Origin: a virus
Lineage: Duplodnaviria; Caudoviricetes
Strand: one strand, 5' to 3'
DNA length: 43,535 bases
IMG/VR virus record: IMGVR_UViG_3300012942_000016
Location: 1 to 43,535 of that record
Shown: one piece after another, positions 29,641 through 38,484 of the stretch
How the letters are laid out: every line of letters starts with the position of its first letter
How positions within the stretch are numbered: the stretch's first letter is position 1
Notes under the pieces: model-generated
What the model was told of the DNA's origin: nothing
Databases searched by the model: none
What the model saw: the letters and a program-made list of their open reading frames with translations, nothing else
Position numbers and translations under genes: made by a program

Positions 29641-30618
29641 CTAGTCTGAGAGGAGTTCTATCGCTTTTTCTTCCGACATGCCGGTCGCCTTCAGCGCTTC
29701 AATGTCTTTCTGCATCTCCGCTGGGAGAAGGTTCTTGGAACCCGTCCCTCCGGGAAACTGCATGGCATTGACCTTGCCCTGGACGTCCGCTGCTTTCAGT
29801 ACCCGATCCTGCATCGATTCCGCAGGCTTGAAGTAGGCATCGTATGCCATCTCGAGGACGTTCTTGAGACCGTCTCCCGATTTTCCTTGCCAATTGTAGT
29901 TTGATTCTACGAAGTCAAAGAATACTTCCCGCACATCCTCATCTTTGAGTTCGGAATGCGCGCCTACGAACGTGTTCAGGTTCGAACGTACTTCCGCATC
30001 ATGCCGTTCTTGAGCGATAAGCTCCGCGACGTCCCTCTTTGTCGCTCCTCCGAGCGCCCGGAGGCGTTCTTGGTCAGCGGCAAGGTCTGGATCCTCGTCT
30101 CCGGAAGCGCCGGCCTGACCGGTCGCTCCTTGCGGAGCCGTCTCATCCTTCGGCTGGATAAATCTCTCCGGGCCTCCAAGCGTCTTAAGTTCTCCTTTAG
30201 CCGTCTTGATCTGCTCGGAAAGCGCGGCTTTCGCGGCAGGATCGGTCGTCGCCCTTCGGCGCTTGACGAGTTCGAAAAGCTCTATGCGCTTCTCGTACCC
30301 CTCATCGGTCTCGAATTTCCCCTTGTTAGGGATTCGGAACGAATCCTCTCCTGCTGCTCCGGTCGCTGAAGGAACGCCGGTATCTCCTTCTCCTGCCGAG
30401 CCTCCTGAAGGTCCGGTCGCTCCAGTGGGAGCATCGGCACCTGTGGATCCTGTCGGACCCGGCTCGCCAGTCTGACCGGTCGGAGCAGCTTCGCCCGAAG
30501 GCTGCGTGACTCCTAAGGTCTCTCCGGCTTTCACGGCTGCGAGGGACGATTCGAGGGCTGCATCCAGCTCTGACTCATCCTGCGCGCCGTCATCTACGTT
30601 CTGTGATACATCACTCAT
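29641..30618 (-). CDS. Scaffolding protein
   Basis: Acidic, low-complexity N-terminus with G-X-T triplets; C-terminal ALKATGMSEEKAI helix; position. Confidence 0.65.
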   Translation of the reverse strand: MSDVSQNVDDGAQDESELDAALESSLAAVKAGETLGVTQPSGEAAPTGQTGEPGPTGSTGADAPTGATGPSGGSAGEGDTGVPSATGAAGEDSFRIPNKGKFETDEGYEKRIELFELVKRRRATTDPAAKAALSEQIKTAKGELKTLGGPERFIQPKDETAPQGATGQAGASGDEDPDLAADQERLRALGGATKRDVAELIAQERHDAEVRSNLNTFVGAHSELKDEDVREVFFDFVESNYNWQGKSGDGLKNVLEMAYDAYFKPAESMQDRVLKAADVQGKVNAMQFPGGTGSKNLLPAEMQKDIEALKATGMSEEKAIELLSD

Positions 30619-30679
30619 ATGGTATCCGGCCGTATCGTGGCCGTGGGCGTGAGCTAGGTTAATAATAGTCTCTTATCCT

Positions 30680-31318
30680 CTATTCACCAATAGGTTCTGT
30701 GGATATCGACGTGTGTTTCGAGATGCGCTCGAGCTTCACGCGCAGCGAATCGATGTTCACGGAGCCTTCGTTTATGAATGACATCGCATGGAACTGGAAA
30801 TCTCCCGCACGCGATTCGTTCGCGCGCGATATCGTCTTCGCGTACTTCCGAGGGACGATCACGAGATACACTTCCGAATCGCGCTTCTTGTAGAAAAGGA
30901 ACCCTTTTCGGCGCGGGAAGAACCTCACGAATTCCTCGATGAGCTCCTCGCGATCGACCGGATAGCCGCACGTGCCGTTGAAATGAGCAGGAGCCGTCTT
31001 ATCCGTCACCGGAAGCTCGCCGATCTTCTCGCCACGCGCGTTCAGTATCGGCTGAACCTCTTCCCGAGGCCAGAAATACTCCGATTGCTCGACATCGTCG
31101 CCGTCCACATCCTTGAGGATCAGCCGGTCCTTCTTCGCCTCTTTCGCAGCTTTCTCTTCCTGCGTCTGGCGTATCTTCTCTTCCTGCTTCTGCTGGTCGA
31201 GAATCGACTGCTTCGCCTCGATGAGCTTGTCCAGCTCTTCCTCGCTCTTAGCCTTGTAATCTTTCGCGAAGACGATTCCCATCCTCTTCGCTTTCGTCAT
31301 CTTGCTCGCTATTGACAT
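30680..31318 (-). CDS. Hypothetical protein
   Basis: 212-aa ORF in the head module. Confidence 0.75.
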   Translation of the reverse strand: MSIASKMTKAKRMGIVFAKDYKAKSEEELDKLIEAKQSILDQQKQEEKIRQTQEEKAAKEAKKDRLILKDVDGDDVEQSEYFWPREEVQPILNARGEKIGELPVTDKTAPAHFNGTCGYPVDREELIEEFVRFFPRRKGFLFYKKRDSEVYLVIVPRKYAKTISRANESRAGDFQFHAMSFINEGSVNIDSLRVKLERISKHTSISTEPIGE

Positions 31319-31368
31319 ACGTTATGCATCTATCCCGATGCGCGGGTTCTTATTGGTAAGGCTGACCG

Positions 31369-31920
31369 TCACGACGACGGTGCAGCTTTCGCGCGTCGTG
31401 ACGCGCGATTCGGTCTGAGATCCTTGAAGAATTTCCAGATAAGCTTATCGAATCTCTCCTGCGCGGGCGTGATCTTCTCTTTCACCGATTTGATGTAGTC
31501 GGCCGTAAGCTCGATTGCGGGCACGTCGCGGTTTATTTTTGCGAGCTTGGCAGCTTCCTCAATGAGCGCGAATTCGATTGGATACGGATGCACGTATTCG
31601 AGACGTATTTCCTCTCCTTTCTTGAAAGCCCTATCGAGCCTCACGCGTATCTGGCGCGAGACGTCGACCACGCTGACGCGGTCGCTCTCGACGAACATCG
31701 CTTTCACGAGCTCCGAGTTCACGGTGCCTATCATTATCGATGCGAGCTCCTCTCCCGATATCTCGAACTCATCGCCCGACGTGGTGATGAATTTGAGCAT
31801 CTTCTTCTCGATCGCTTCCGGCGAATAGTTCGCCTGGATGCGATAGGCTCCGAAATCCTTCTCTACTGCTTGCTTTTCGAGCGTCTCGTGCCCGGTTGGC
31901 GTATCTTTTTTCATGTTCAT
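31369..31920 (-). CDS. Hypothetical protein
   Basis: 183-aa ORF in the head module. Confidence 0.75.
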   Translation of the reverse strand: MNMKKDTPTGHETLEKQAVEKDFGAYRIQANYSPEAIEKKMLKFITTSGDEFEISGEELASIMIGTVNSELVKAMFVESDRVSVVDVSRQIRVRLDRAFKKGEEIRLEYVHPYPIEFALIEEAAKLAKINRDVPAIELTADYIKSVKEKITPAQERFDKLIWKFFKDLRPNRASRRAKAAPSS

Positions 31921-32159
31921 TCGGGTTTATGCAAGCCTCCTTGCTTTATAAAATCGACGGACGATATCAGGTCGAGGATCATCTGCGCCTGCGCGTCCAT
32001 CGTGATCGCGTTCACGAGCGTCTCGTACTCCGTCTCGCCGACCAGCTTCTGGTTATGCGAGACGTCGCGGAGCAGCGCGATGACCGCTTCGAGATGCGGA
32101 CTCTGCGCGAACGCGATCTTCTTCTGCTTCAATGACTGCTGCTCGAGTGTCTCGTCCAT
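31917..32159 (-). CDS. Hypothetical protein following portal
   Basis: 80 aa, coupled to the portal stop. Confidence 0.7.
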   Translation of the reverse strand: MDETLEQQSLKQKKIAFAQSPHLEAVIALLRDVSHNQKLVGETEYETLVNAITMDAQAQMILDLISSVDFIKQGGLHKPE

Positions 32160-32162
32160 AGA

Positions 32163-34460
32163 CTATTTCAACGCTCCTTGAGGAAAGAACGGCAACGATG
32201 CCGCGCGCCCTACGGACGCGTCGACGCTCGATCCCATCGGCGACTGCGGCGTCGGAATCTGGTTCGGCGTCTTCACTCGCGACGGCGCACCTGCGTCATC
32301 ACTCTGTCCTGGCTTGTGCGCTGCCGGATTCACGCGCTTGACGGGCGGAATCGTCCCCGGAGTCTCGGGCGCGATGTCGTTATCCATCGATGGCTGCAAT
32401 CCCGCTTCCTGCTCGATCTGGCGCTGTACGTCCGCAGGCGCGTCTTTGTATATCTTCGTCTTATCGATCGGTTCCTCGGCTGGAGGCGCAGGCGGCACGT
32501 CGCCCGGCTTGAGCGCGAGTATGGAATCGTACGTGTTCTTCGGGATGTAATCGTAGATATCCTCCTTCTGGATCTTCAGCATGCGCTCGAACGCGCGAAG
32601 CTGAGACGCAGCAGCTTCAGGATCGGTATTGCGCAGCTGGAATATGAGGGTTATCTGGTTCGTGATGACCGGAGATATCGCCATGTAGTTCTGCTTCTGT
32701 ATCTCCATCGACGGGACGAGCATCGAGTCCGGGTCGATGAGGAATTCCTGATACGTCTTCGCATGCCCGTGCGTCGCAAGCTCGGAGAACAGGTCGCGCG
32801 CAGGGACGGTGCGCGTCGGGACGTCTTCCATGAGGTTCCCTTCCGCATCGAAATCGAAATTCATGCGCAGGTTCCTCGATGCCGCTATGACGGAGCCTAT
32901 CGGAAGCCCCGCGTCGCCTATGACCGGCGTGACCTGCACGAAATAGTCCGGATTCTGCTTGGCGAATTGCATGATATCGCCGTCCTTGCTTATGAAAAAG
33001 ATCTTATCGACCGGATACGTTTGCTCAATCCACGATTTCGCGATATGCGCATCGGTCTGGAGCGCGTCCATCATCGAGTTGCGCGGAGGCGTAAGACGGT
33101 TGAGCGCCGCTTCCTTGAGAATGACGGTCGAGCCGAGCGTCGATTCCGCGTTCTGTCCGGCGACGATGTTATTCACGCCCGTGTTCTCCTCGATATCCTG
33201 CTTCTGCTTGTCAGCGAACGCGACTCCCTGCTGCACGTTCCCGCTCGTCTTCACCACATCGATGCTCGTTCCAGGATTCTTCGGATTTATGAGGTTCGGC
33301 GAACGCCGGTACGTGTTCGAGCCGTTCTGTACCTGCGGGCCAAAGAGGAGCGGGAATATCTCTGCTTCCACCTGCTGCGCGTTCAGGGAGTTCAGGTAGG
33401 TAAAGAGCGCCGTATTGCCTCGCATCATCTCATAGAGGCCGACGCCGTACGGATCGAGAATGTTCTTCGCGAAACAGCGCGCCACTATGACCGAACCATA
33501 CACGTCGTCATTAGGAAGCTCGCCATCGTAGATGATGAACTTCCCGCATTTCACCACGTACCGGTTCATGAGCGGATTCTCGTAGAATCCAATGGTGTAC
33601 GAGTGCTCGGAGAGCAGCTGATTCTCTTCCTGCGCCTCTTCCGATACCGAACCCATCTCGAAATAGCCTTTCTTCTTCTTGAACGCTTCCGCTTCCGGGA
33701 ACATCTTGAAGAACTCCGCTTTCTGTATGTCCTTCTCGTAATACACCTCGAACTGGCTCCAGTAGTCCCCGACGTTCTGCGCGATGCCGAGCCACGTCCG
33801 GTCCGGGTCCATCGGCTCGCGATAGATGTCATCGAACAAGAGCTTGTCGACGCCGCTCTTCTTGACCGATACGCGGCGCGGATACGTGCGCCATGCCGCC
33901 CAGCCGTACGTGAGAAGGTTCTGGTACGTGCGCTCGAGCGTATTCTGACCGTTCGCGCCTTTCATCGTCCAGGTGCGCTTCCACAGCTCGTACATCGCCT
34001 TGTTATAGACCTTGTCGTCGCCGATGACCTGCGCATCAGGGACTTTTCCCGCCAACACGCTCGTCGCGATGAGGATCTTCGAGAACGCGATAGGCTCCTG
34101 TGACACTGGGACTCCGGAACGGTTCTCGTTCCGGTCTGTGAGCTTCTGCGGATAGACGTTGATGTCGTACGCGCCGTTCGCTATCTTGTTATAGAACACC
34201 ATCGATCCCCAGCCAGTCTTCTCGTATATCTTCTCGCCGTACGAGACGGTCGTGTTCATGATGTTCTGCGCAATCTCCTTCGACAGCTCGTCGAACCGCT
34301 GGCGATACACCGACTGCTTCATCAGCTTCTTCTTTTTCTCTACAAAATCGTACGCTTCCTTGTCCTCGTGCGAATTGAATCCGCGCGGGATCTTCGTCTT
34401 CGAAGCAGTCCCGTCCTGAAGCGTCGGGCTCTCATCCGATACGCTGAGATATTCATCCAT
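32163..34460 (-). CDS. Portal protein (P22-like)
   Basis: NLLTYGWA, DPYGVGLYE and IEENTGVNNIVAG...STLG motifs; follows TerL; start re-assigned to MDEYLS, 7 nt after TACTAT. Confidence 0.8.
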   Translation of the reverse strand: MDEYLSVSDESPTLQDGTASKTKIPRGFNSHEDKEAYDFVEKKKKLMKQSVYRQRFDELSKEIAQNIMNTTVSYGEKIYEKTGWGSMVFYNKIANGAYDINVYPQKLTDRNENRSGVPVSQEPIAFSKILIATSVLAGKVPDAQVIGDDKVYNKAMYELWKRTWTMKGANGQNTLERTYQNLLTYGWAAWRTYPRRVSVKKSGVDKLLFDDIYREPMDPDRTWLGIAQNVGDYWSQFEVYYEKDIQKAEFFKMFPEAEAFKKKKGYFEMGSVSEEAQEENQLLSEHSYTIGFYENPLMNRYVVKCGKFIIYDGELPNDDVYGSVIVARCFAKNILDPYGVGLYEMMRGNTALFTYLNSLNAQQVEAEIFPLLFGPQVQNGSNTYRRSPNLINPKNPGTSIDVVKTSGNVQQGVAFADKQKQDIEENTGVNNIVAGQNAESTLGSTVILKEAALNRLTPPRNSMMDALQTDAHIAKSWIEQTYPVDKIFFISKDGDIMQFAKQNPDYFVQVTPVIGDAGLPIGSVIAASRNLRMNFDFDAEGNLMEDVPTRTVPARDLFSELATHGHAKTYQEFLIDPDSMLVPSMEIQKQNYMAISPVITNQITLIFQLRNTDPEAAASQLRAFERMLKIQKEDIYDYIPKNTYDSILALKPGDVPPAPPAEEPIDKTKIYKDAPADVQRQIEQEAGLQPSMDNDIAPETPGTIPPVKRVNPAAHKPGQSDDAGAPSRVKTPNQIPTPQSPMGSSVDASVGRAASLPFFPQGALK

Positions 34461-34507
34461 AATTCGAATAGTATGTTCGTTTTCCTCGTAAGACAAGAGC
34501 CGTGCTG

Positions 34508-34726
34508 TCAATAGCCGCCCTTCTTTCCTTTGCGTCCTTTCAGATTGTCGAAGAATCCCATGACTTTCGCGTAGTTCTTCCACTTCCTGCGCGATGACCG
34601 CTCGTACTTCTGCAGTTTACCCGTCTTGTACGGCGCGCGTCCTTTCTTAGACCGGTGCTCCCGATGGAAAACGACGTTCTCACCTTCTTTCAGATTGAAA
34701 TGAAGTGAGCGATACCGTCTCGCCAT
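34508..34726 (-). CDS. Small highly basic protein
   Basis: MARRYRS...KGRKGKKGGY; TATGAT 6 nt upstream of the ATG. Confidence 0.6.
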   Translation of the reverse strand: MARRYRSLHFNLKEGENVVFHREHRSKKGRAPYKTGKLQKYERSSRRKWKNYAKVMGFFDNLKGRKGKKGGY

Positions 34727-34733
34727 GCATATA

Positions 34734-37370
34734 TCATAGCTCACGTACCCCTTTGTCGGCCGATTGCTGCGCCTGCATCTGTGCATTAAGCGGCACTTCG
34801 CCGAACATCATCTTCATCATCGAGGTCTCCTGCTCATCCGACACGGTGTCCGCATACGCACCAAGCTCTCCGAGCACCGCGTACGCGATCGCCGATGCCA
34901 TGATGCAATTATGTACCAGTATTCCGTTCGCAACGTATTCAGGAACGTCTTGGATCTGTAAATTGTATACCTTTCGCCTTCGCGCGAGCTCGAGTATTGT
35001 TGTACAAGTTTTTACACCGACCTGAACAATAGATAGCATTACGACTAATGCTTTCAAAGCGACTCTTGCAAATAGTACAATCACGAGCAATCGGATTTTC
35101 AAAATGAACCGATCCGCGCGTGTTCTTCTTATTGAACTCAATCCCTTCCTTAGTCTTTCTCCACTTTGCTCCTGCGAGGTAAAGGCGGAGTCCTTGTTTT
35201 TTTGCAACGGCACTTTGTTTTTTCCTACGATTCGGATCTTGTGCGTGGTGCTTCGCATGTTCTGAGACAGTCGCGAGTCCCAGATTCTCAATAGAGTTAT
35301 TGAGAGGATTATGATCTTTGTGATGCACAGACATACCTTCTGGAATTTCTCCAAAAGCATCAATATAAATCTGTCTATGGAGCGATACTGGCGGACTCTT
35401 CCATTTGTCATGCCTCCAGAAATAGACTCGATGATTCCACCGTCTCGATTCGGGATACCGATGATACCTTTTCCCTCGGTATACGACCGTTTCTCGAATG
35501 ATTTCTTTTCGTTGTCCCATATATGTAGTATATCATCATCTCGTATACTATCGAGAGACTTTTCTCCATCCGCAAGAATTAGCGGGTGTTCTGGAGAGCC
35601 GATAAGGTTCATTCGAGATATTACGGGCTTTCTTACCGATCGAGTCATCTCTACTGCACGGTATCCTTTTCGAGTCATCACCAAATCTCCTACGCGGATT
35701 TCTTCGATTGGTCTTTCGCCATGATCAGTCAAAATCATAGTTCCCTTTACAAAGCAGTCGTCATGCTTCCCGGCGAGCGCTTCCGGACGCCCTTTCGCGT
35801 TCCGGAGGAACGTCACCATCTCGTTCAGGATCGCCGCCGGGAAACCTTCTCCTTTCTGTATGAATTTCGCCAGAAGAGCTGCGAGCGCGAACGGTCGCGT
35901 CGCGCTGGTCGTCTTCCAGCCAAAGAACTTCGTCACGTTCTTCGTGATGTCATCGAATACCTTCCGGTAATACAGATTCACGTAGCCGAGCTTATCGAGC
36001 GCGTCGTTAACCCACAACCCGTCCTTGTTGCTCTCGATAGCGAGCAGCGCCCAATTGAAGAACTTGCCAACGTTATACGCGATACCCGCGAATTCGTCCG
36101 GCGCGACAGAGCTCCGATAGAGGGCGACGCACTTCTCAGTCTTATGCTTCAGCACGTAGAGCACCTGCTTGTCGCCGTGCGCGAGACCTTCCGCCGTATC
36201 GCCGCCGATAATATAGCGCATCCCGGGCTCAGGCATCTCGAATATCTCAAGGTCGCCGCCTGAATACTCCGCGAACGTGAGCGTGCCGTCGGCATTCGGG
36301 ACAAGTTCGCCCTTCTTTCCTGGCTTCGCGTTCTGGAGCTGCGTGAACACCTTGCTCGTCGGGAAATACGTCTGACCGGTCGAGAGAAACGCCTCTTCCG
36401 GCGTCGTCGGGAATTCCTGGTGCAGCTTATGCACCGCATCCGTCGAATTCTTGCCTCCCATCTGGAGCCATTTCATGTAGTAATACGTGATCTCGAGGTC
36501 CGAGAGCGAATGAAGGCTCTGATACTCAGCCCAATTTATCTCGCACACTTCCATCTGCGATGTCGGAATCGTCTCGGTGATCTTCGCCATCTCCGCATCG
36601 TCATACTGCCAGTTGTAGAAATGCGGCATGAACATCACTCTCGATTTCATCGGCGTGATGTTCTCGCGATTGAGCCACCCTTCGTTGAACAATTCGTAGA
36701 AGCGACCGGCCATGCCCTCCGCAGTCGATTCGATGAATATACTGCCGTCGAGCGGGACGGCCGGGAATGTACCGGTCTCGACCTCGGCCGCGCGCTGCGG
36801 GTACATGAGACAGAGCTTCGCGAATTCGGAGATGTGCACGTAGAAGAACGTGCCGGAGCGTCCGGAGTTGGAGACCTGGATGCTCGAGGTCGAGCCCTCC
36901 TCCGGCCCGTAATCGACGATGACCTGGATCTTCTTCGCGGAGTTCTGCACGAGCTTGAACGCCGCCGACTTTATCTCGACCGCCATGTTGCGGATCGCGT
37001 AGTCGATCTTTCGGTCAAAGATCTCGGTCGCGTCGCCGAGCGTGTGCGCGATGACGAGCGCCTCGCGGTTCGTATTGAAAAGGATTTCATCAAGCGTCCA
37101 CAGGTCAATGAACGTCGTGAAGCCGAGCTGCCGGGCTTTCAGGATGATGTGCCGGTAAAACCGCTTCTTCGGGTCGTCCGGATTCAGGTAGTTCTCGAAG
37201 AAGTGCCGCTGCGCGCGATTCATCAGGAACAGCTCCTTGGTGCCACTCTTCGTGATGATCCAGTACAGGTTCCCCATCCGCCACCGCTTGTCGTCGAGGA
37301 GATCCGGGTTTTGCGTCAGCTCTGCGACGATCCTCGCGTTGTGCTCTTTCTGGTTCTGGGCGCTTGCCAT
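34734..37370 (-). CDS. terL: Terminase large subunit precursor containing an intein (about 595 aa after splicing)
   Basis: Walker A LKARQLGFTT, Walker B VHISEFA, coupling motif ESTAEG, nuclease GGDTAEG, IESN and KHDD. Confidence 0.95.
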   Translation of the reverse strand: MASAQNQKEHNARIVAELTQNPDLLDDKRWRMGNLYWIITKSGTKELFLMNRAQRHFFENYLNPDDPKKRFYRHIILKARQLGFTTFIDLWTLDEILFNTNREALVIAHTLGDATEIFDRKIDYAIRNMAVEIKSAAFKLVQNSAKKIQVIVDYGPEEGSTSSIQVSNSGRSGTFFYVHISEFAKLCLMYPQRAAEVETGTFPAVPLDGSIFIESTAEGMAGRFYELFNEGWLNRENITPMKSRVMFMPHFYNWQYDDAEMAKITETIPTSQMEVCEINWAEYQSLHSLSDLEITYYYMKWLQMGGKNSTDAVHKLHQEFPTTPEEAFLSTGQTYFPTSKVFTQLQNAKPGKKGELVPNADGTLTFAEYSGGDLEIFEMPEPGMRYIIGGDTAEGLAHGDKQVLYVLKHKTEKCVALYRSSVAPDEFAGIAYNVGKFFNWALLAIESNKDGLWVNDALDKLGYVNLYYRKVFDDITKNVTKFFGWKTTSATRPFALAALLAKFIQKGEGFPAAILNEMVTFLRNAKGRPEALAGKHDDCFVKGTMILTDHGERPIEEIRVGDLVMTRKGYRAVEMTRSVRKPVISRMNLIGSPEHPLILADGEKSLDSIRDDDILHIWDNEKKSFEKRSYTEGKGIIGIPNRDGGIIESISGGMTNGRVRQYRSIDRFILMLLEKFQKVCLCITKIIILSITLLRIWDSRLSQNMRSTTHKIRIVGKNKVPLQKNKDSAFTSQEQSGERLRKGLSSIRRTRADRFILKIRLLVIVLFARVALKALVVMLSIVQVGVKTCTTILELARRRKVYNLQIQDVPEYVANGILVHNCIMASAIAYAVLGELGAYADTVSDEQETSMMKMMFGEVPLNAQMQAQQSADKGVREL
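34939..35520 (-). CDS. HNH homing endonuclease nested in the intein, in the -1 frame
   Basis: SLHRQIY...GEIPEGMSVHHKDHNPLNNSIENL...EHAKHH; C-terminal CTIC...YCSGRC zinc finger. Confidence 0.9.
   Translation of the reverse strand: MGQRKEIIRETVVYRGKRYHRYPESRRWNHRVYFWRHDKWKSPPVSLHRQIYIDAFGEIPEGMSVHHKDHNPLNNSIENLGLATVSEHAKHHAQDPNRRKKQSAVAKKQGLRLYLAGAKWRKTKEGIEFNKKNTRGSVHFENPIARDCTICKSRFESISRNAIYCSGRCKNLYNNTRARAKAKGIQFTDPRRS
35521..35535 (-). promoter_or_regulatory. Extended -10 (TGaTATACT) 6 nt upstream of the HNH ATG
   Basis: Minus strand reads gatgaTGATATACTacatatATG. Confidence 0.65.
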
Positions 37371-37382
37371 GGAGGAATCGGT

Positions 37383-37877
37383 TTAAAAATCCATCGGGTC
37401 TTCCTCTTCGAACTCCGCATCTTTCATCTCAGAGGAGGGAGTAATGACCGGAGCTTCGGATGGCGAGGACTCGAGATACGCCGTCTGCGTCTCGACACGC
37501 TGCATGAGCACACCGCGCAGCGGATTCCCTTCCGGCGTCTTGAGCTTGTTCGGCGCGCGACGGTTCTCGATCTTTTCCCACGCCCCGGCTATGGCGTTCA
37601 TGGCTTTGATGAGGTCGGCGTTGCTGAAATTGTTGATGCCACGGGCCTTGAACTCAGCCATCACCGCCTGGAGCAGGTTGCCGCTCTCGGTAGCAAGGCC
37701 GATTATCGCGTTCTGATAGCCTTCGGTATCCTCTATCTTCACTTTCGCATTCTCGGCAACGCTCATCGAGAACCCGGAAAGCAGCGCGGCTTCCTTCTTC
37801 GAGCCTGCCTGCCCGTTCATCATGCGTGTCGCGTACGCGACCTGCTTGATAGTTGAACCTTTTCGCGGTCGCTTCAT
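37383..37877 (-). CDS. terS: Terminase small subunit (putative)
   Basis: Directly upstream of TerL; KQ..YA...SKKEAALLSGFS HTH; TATAAT 6 nt before ATG 37877. Confidence 0.7.
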   Translation of the reverse strand: MKRPRKGSTIKQVAYATRMMNGQAGSKKEAALLSGFSMSVAENAKVKIEDTEGYQNAIIGLATESGNLLQAVMAEFKARGINNFSNADLIKAMNAIAGAWEKIENRRAPNKLKTPEGNPLRGVLMQRVETQTAYLESSPSEAPVITPSSEMKDAEFEEEDPMDF

Positions 37878-37975
37878 GGGAAAATTATACAATATATTTT
37901 TTAACGGGACTCTTTTTTCAAATCGGATGCGGGGCCTCTCGATTTTTTACGTACGTCGCGCGAGGATGGACTTGT

Positions 37976-38017
37976 TGGAATTTTTATATGCGTCTACTGG
38001 AATTTTTATATGCGTCT
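37976..38017. repeat. Direct repeat tggaatttttatatgcgtct x2
   Basis: Copies at 37976-37995 and 37998-38017. Confidence 0.85.
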
Positions 38018-38153
38018 CGCGGGGGTACTACTACTTATTTTCTAAATACATGCCGGGGATGTGGCGAAGGGGGTATGGCCTGTCCGTTTTTTTAAAAAGA
38101 AATCCATAAATGCGTGCGTAAGAAAGATCTCGCAAGAAGCGCAAGCAACGGGC

Positions 38154-38484
38154 GGAGCATAAGAGCATAAGAAATCTTATGCTCCGCTTATGCTCCAAAC
38201 GACGGCTTAACATCGTTAACACCGCATACCTACGCCGTGAATAGGCGGACATTTTCACAGAAATGTCAAAGTCAGAGCAAGCAAATAGGCCGTTGGAGCA
38301 TAAGGAGCATAAGAAATCGAAAAAATAAGTATCTCATATATTATCTTCATCTAAGTCTATTGCGTAATATAAAAACATCATTCTTATGCTCTTATGCTCC
38401 AAAATCAGAGAATATGGCCTAGCTACGCCTTCATACGGTGGAGCATAAGCCGGAGCATAAGTGGAGCATAAAACCTTATGCTCC
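38154..38484. repeat. Iteron-like cluster: about 12 copies of (G)GAGCATAAG in both orientations around an AT-rich core; putative replication origin
   Basis: Forward copies near 38154, 38163, 38295, 38304, 38440, 38452, 38463; reverse copies near 38176, 38187, 38383, 38391, 38475; AT-rich 38316-38380. Confidence 0.8.

Larger units (their letters stand above)
34908..35756 (-). mobile_element. 283-aa intein in TerL (residues 539-821)
   Basis: KHDD|CFVKGTMI (block A), SPEHP (block B), VYNLQI...Y.ANGILVHN|C (blocks F/G); AT-richer than its flanks. Confidence 0.95.

Noticed and set aside
32178-34103. 641-aa + strand ORF (likewise 36420-37856, 4692-5846, 5873-7081)
   Set aside because: These are antisense shadows of well-supported genes with biased codon usage and show no recognisable motifs, unlike the nested HNH ORF.
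35190-35230. Programmed -1 frameshift at A-AAA-AAC heptamers in the intein
   Set aside because: They arise from Lys-Lys-Gln codons of the HNH frame and lie downstream of the HNH core, so slipping there would only truncate TerL.
38154-38484. CRISPR array
   Set aside because: Repeats are only 9-10 bp, in both orientations and irregularly spaced; there is no cas operon.
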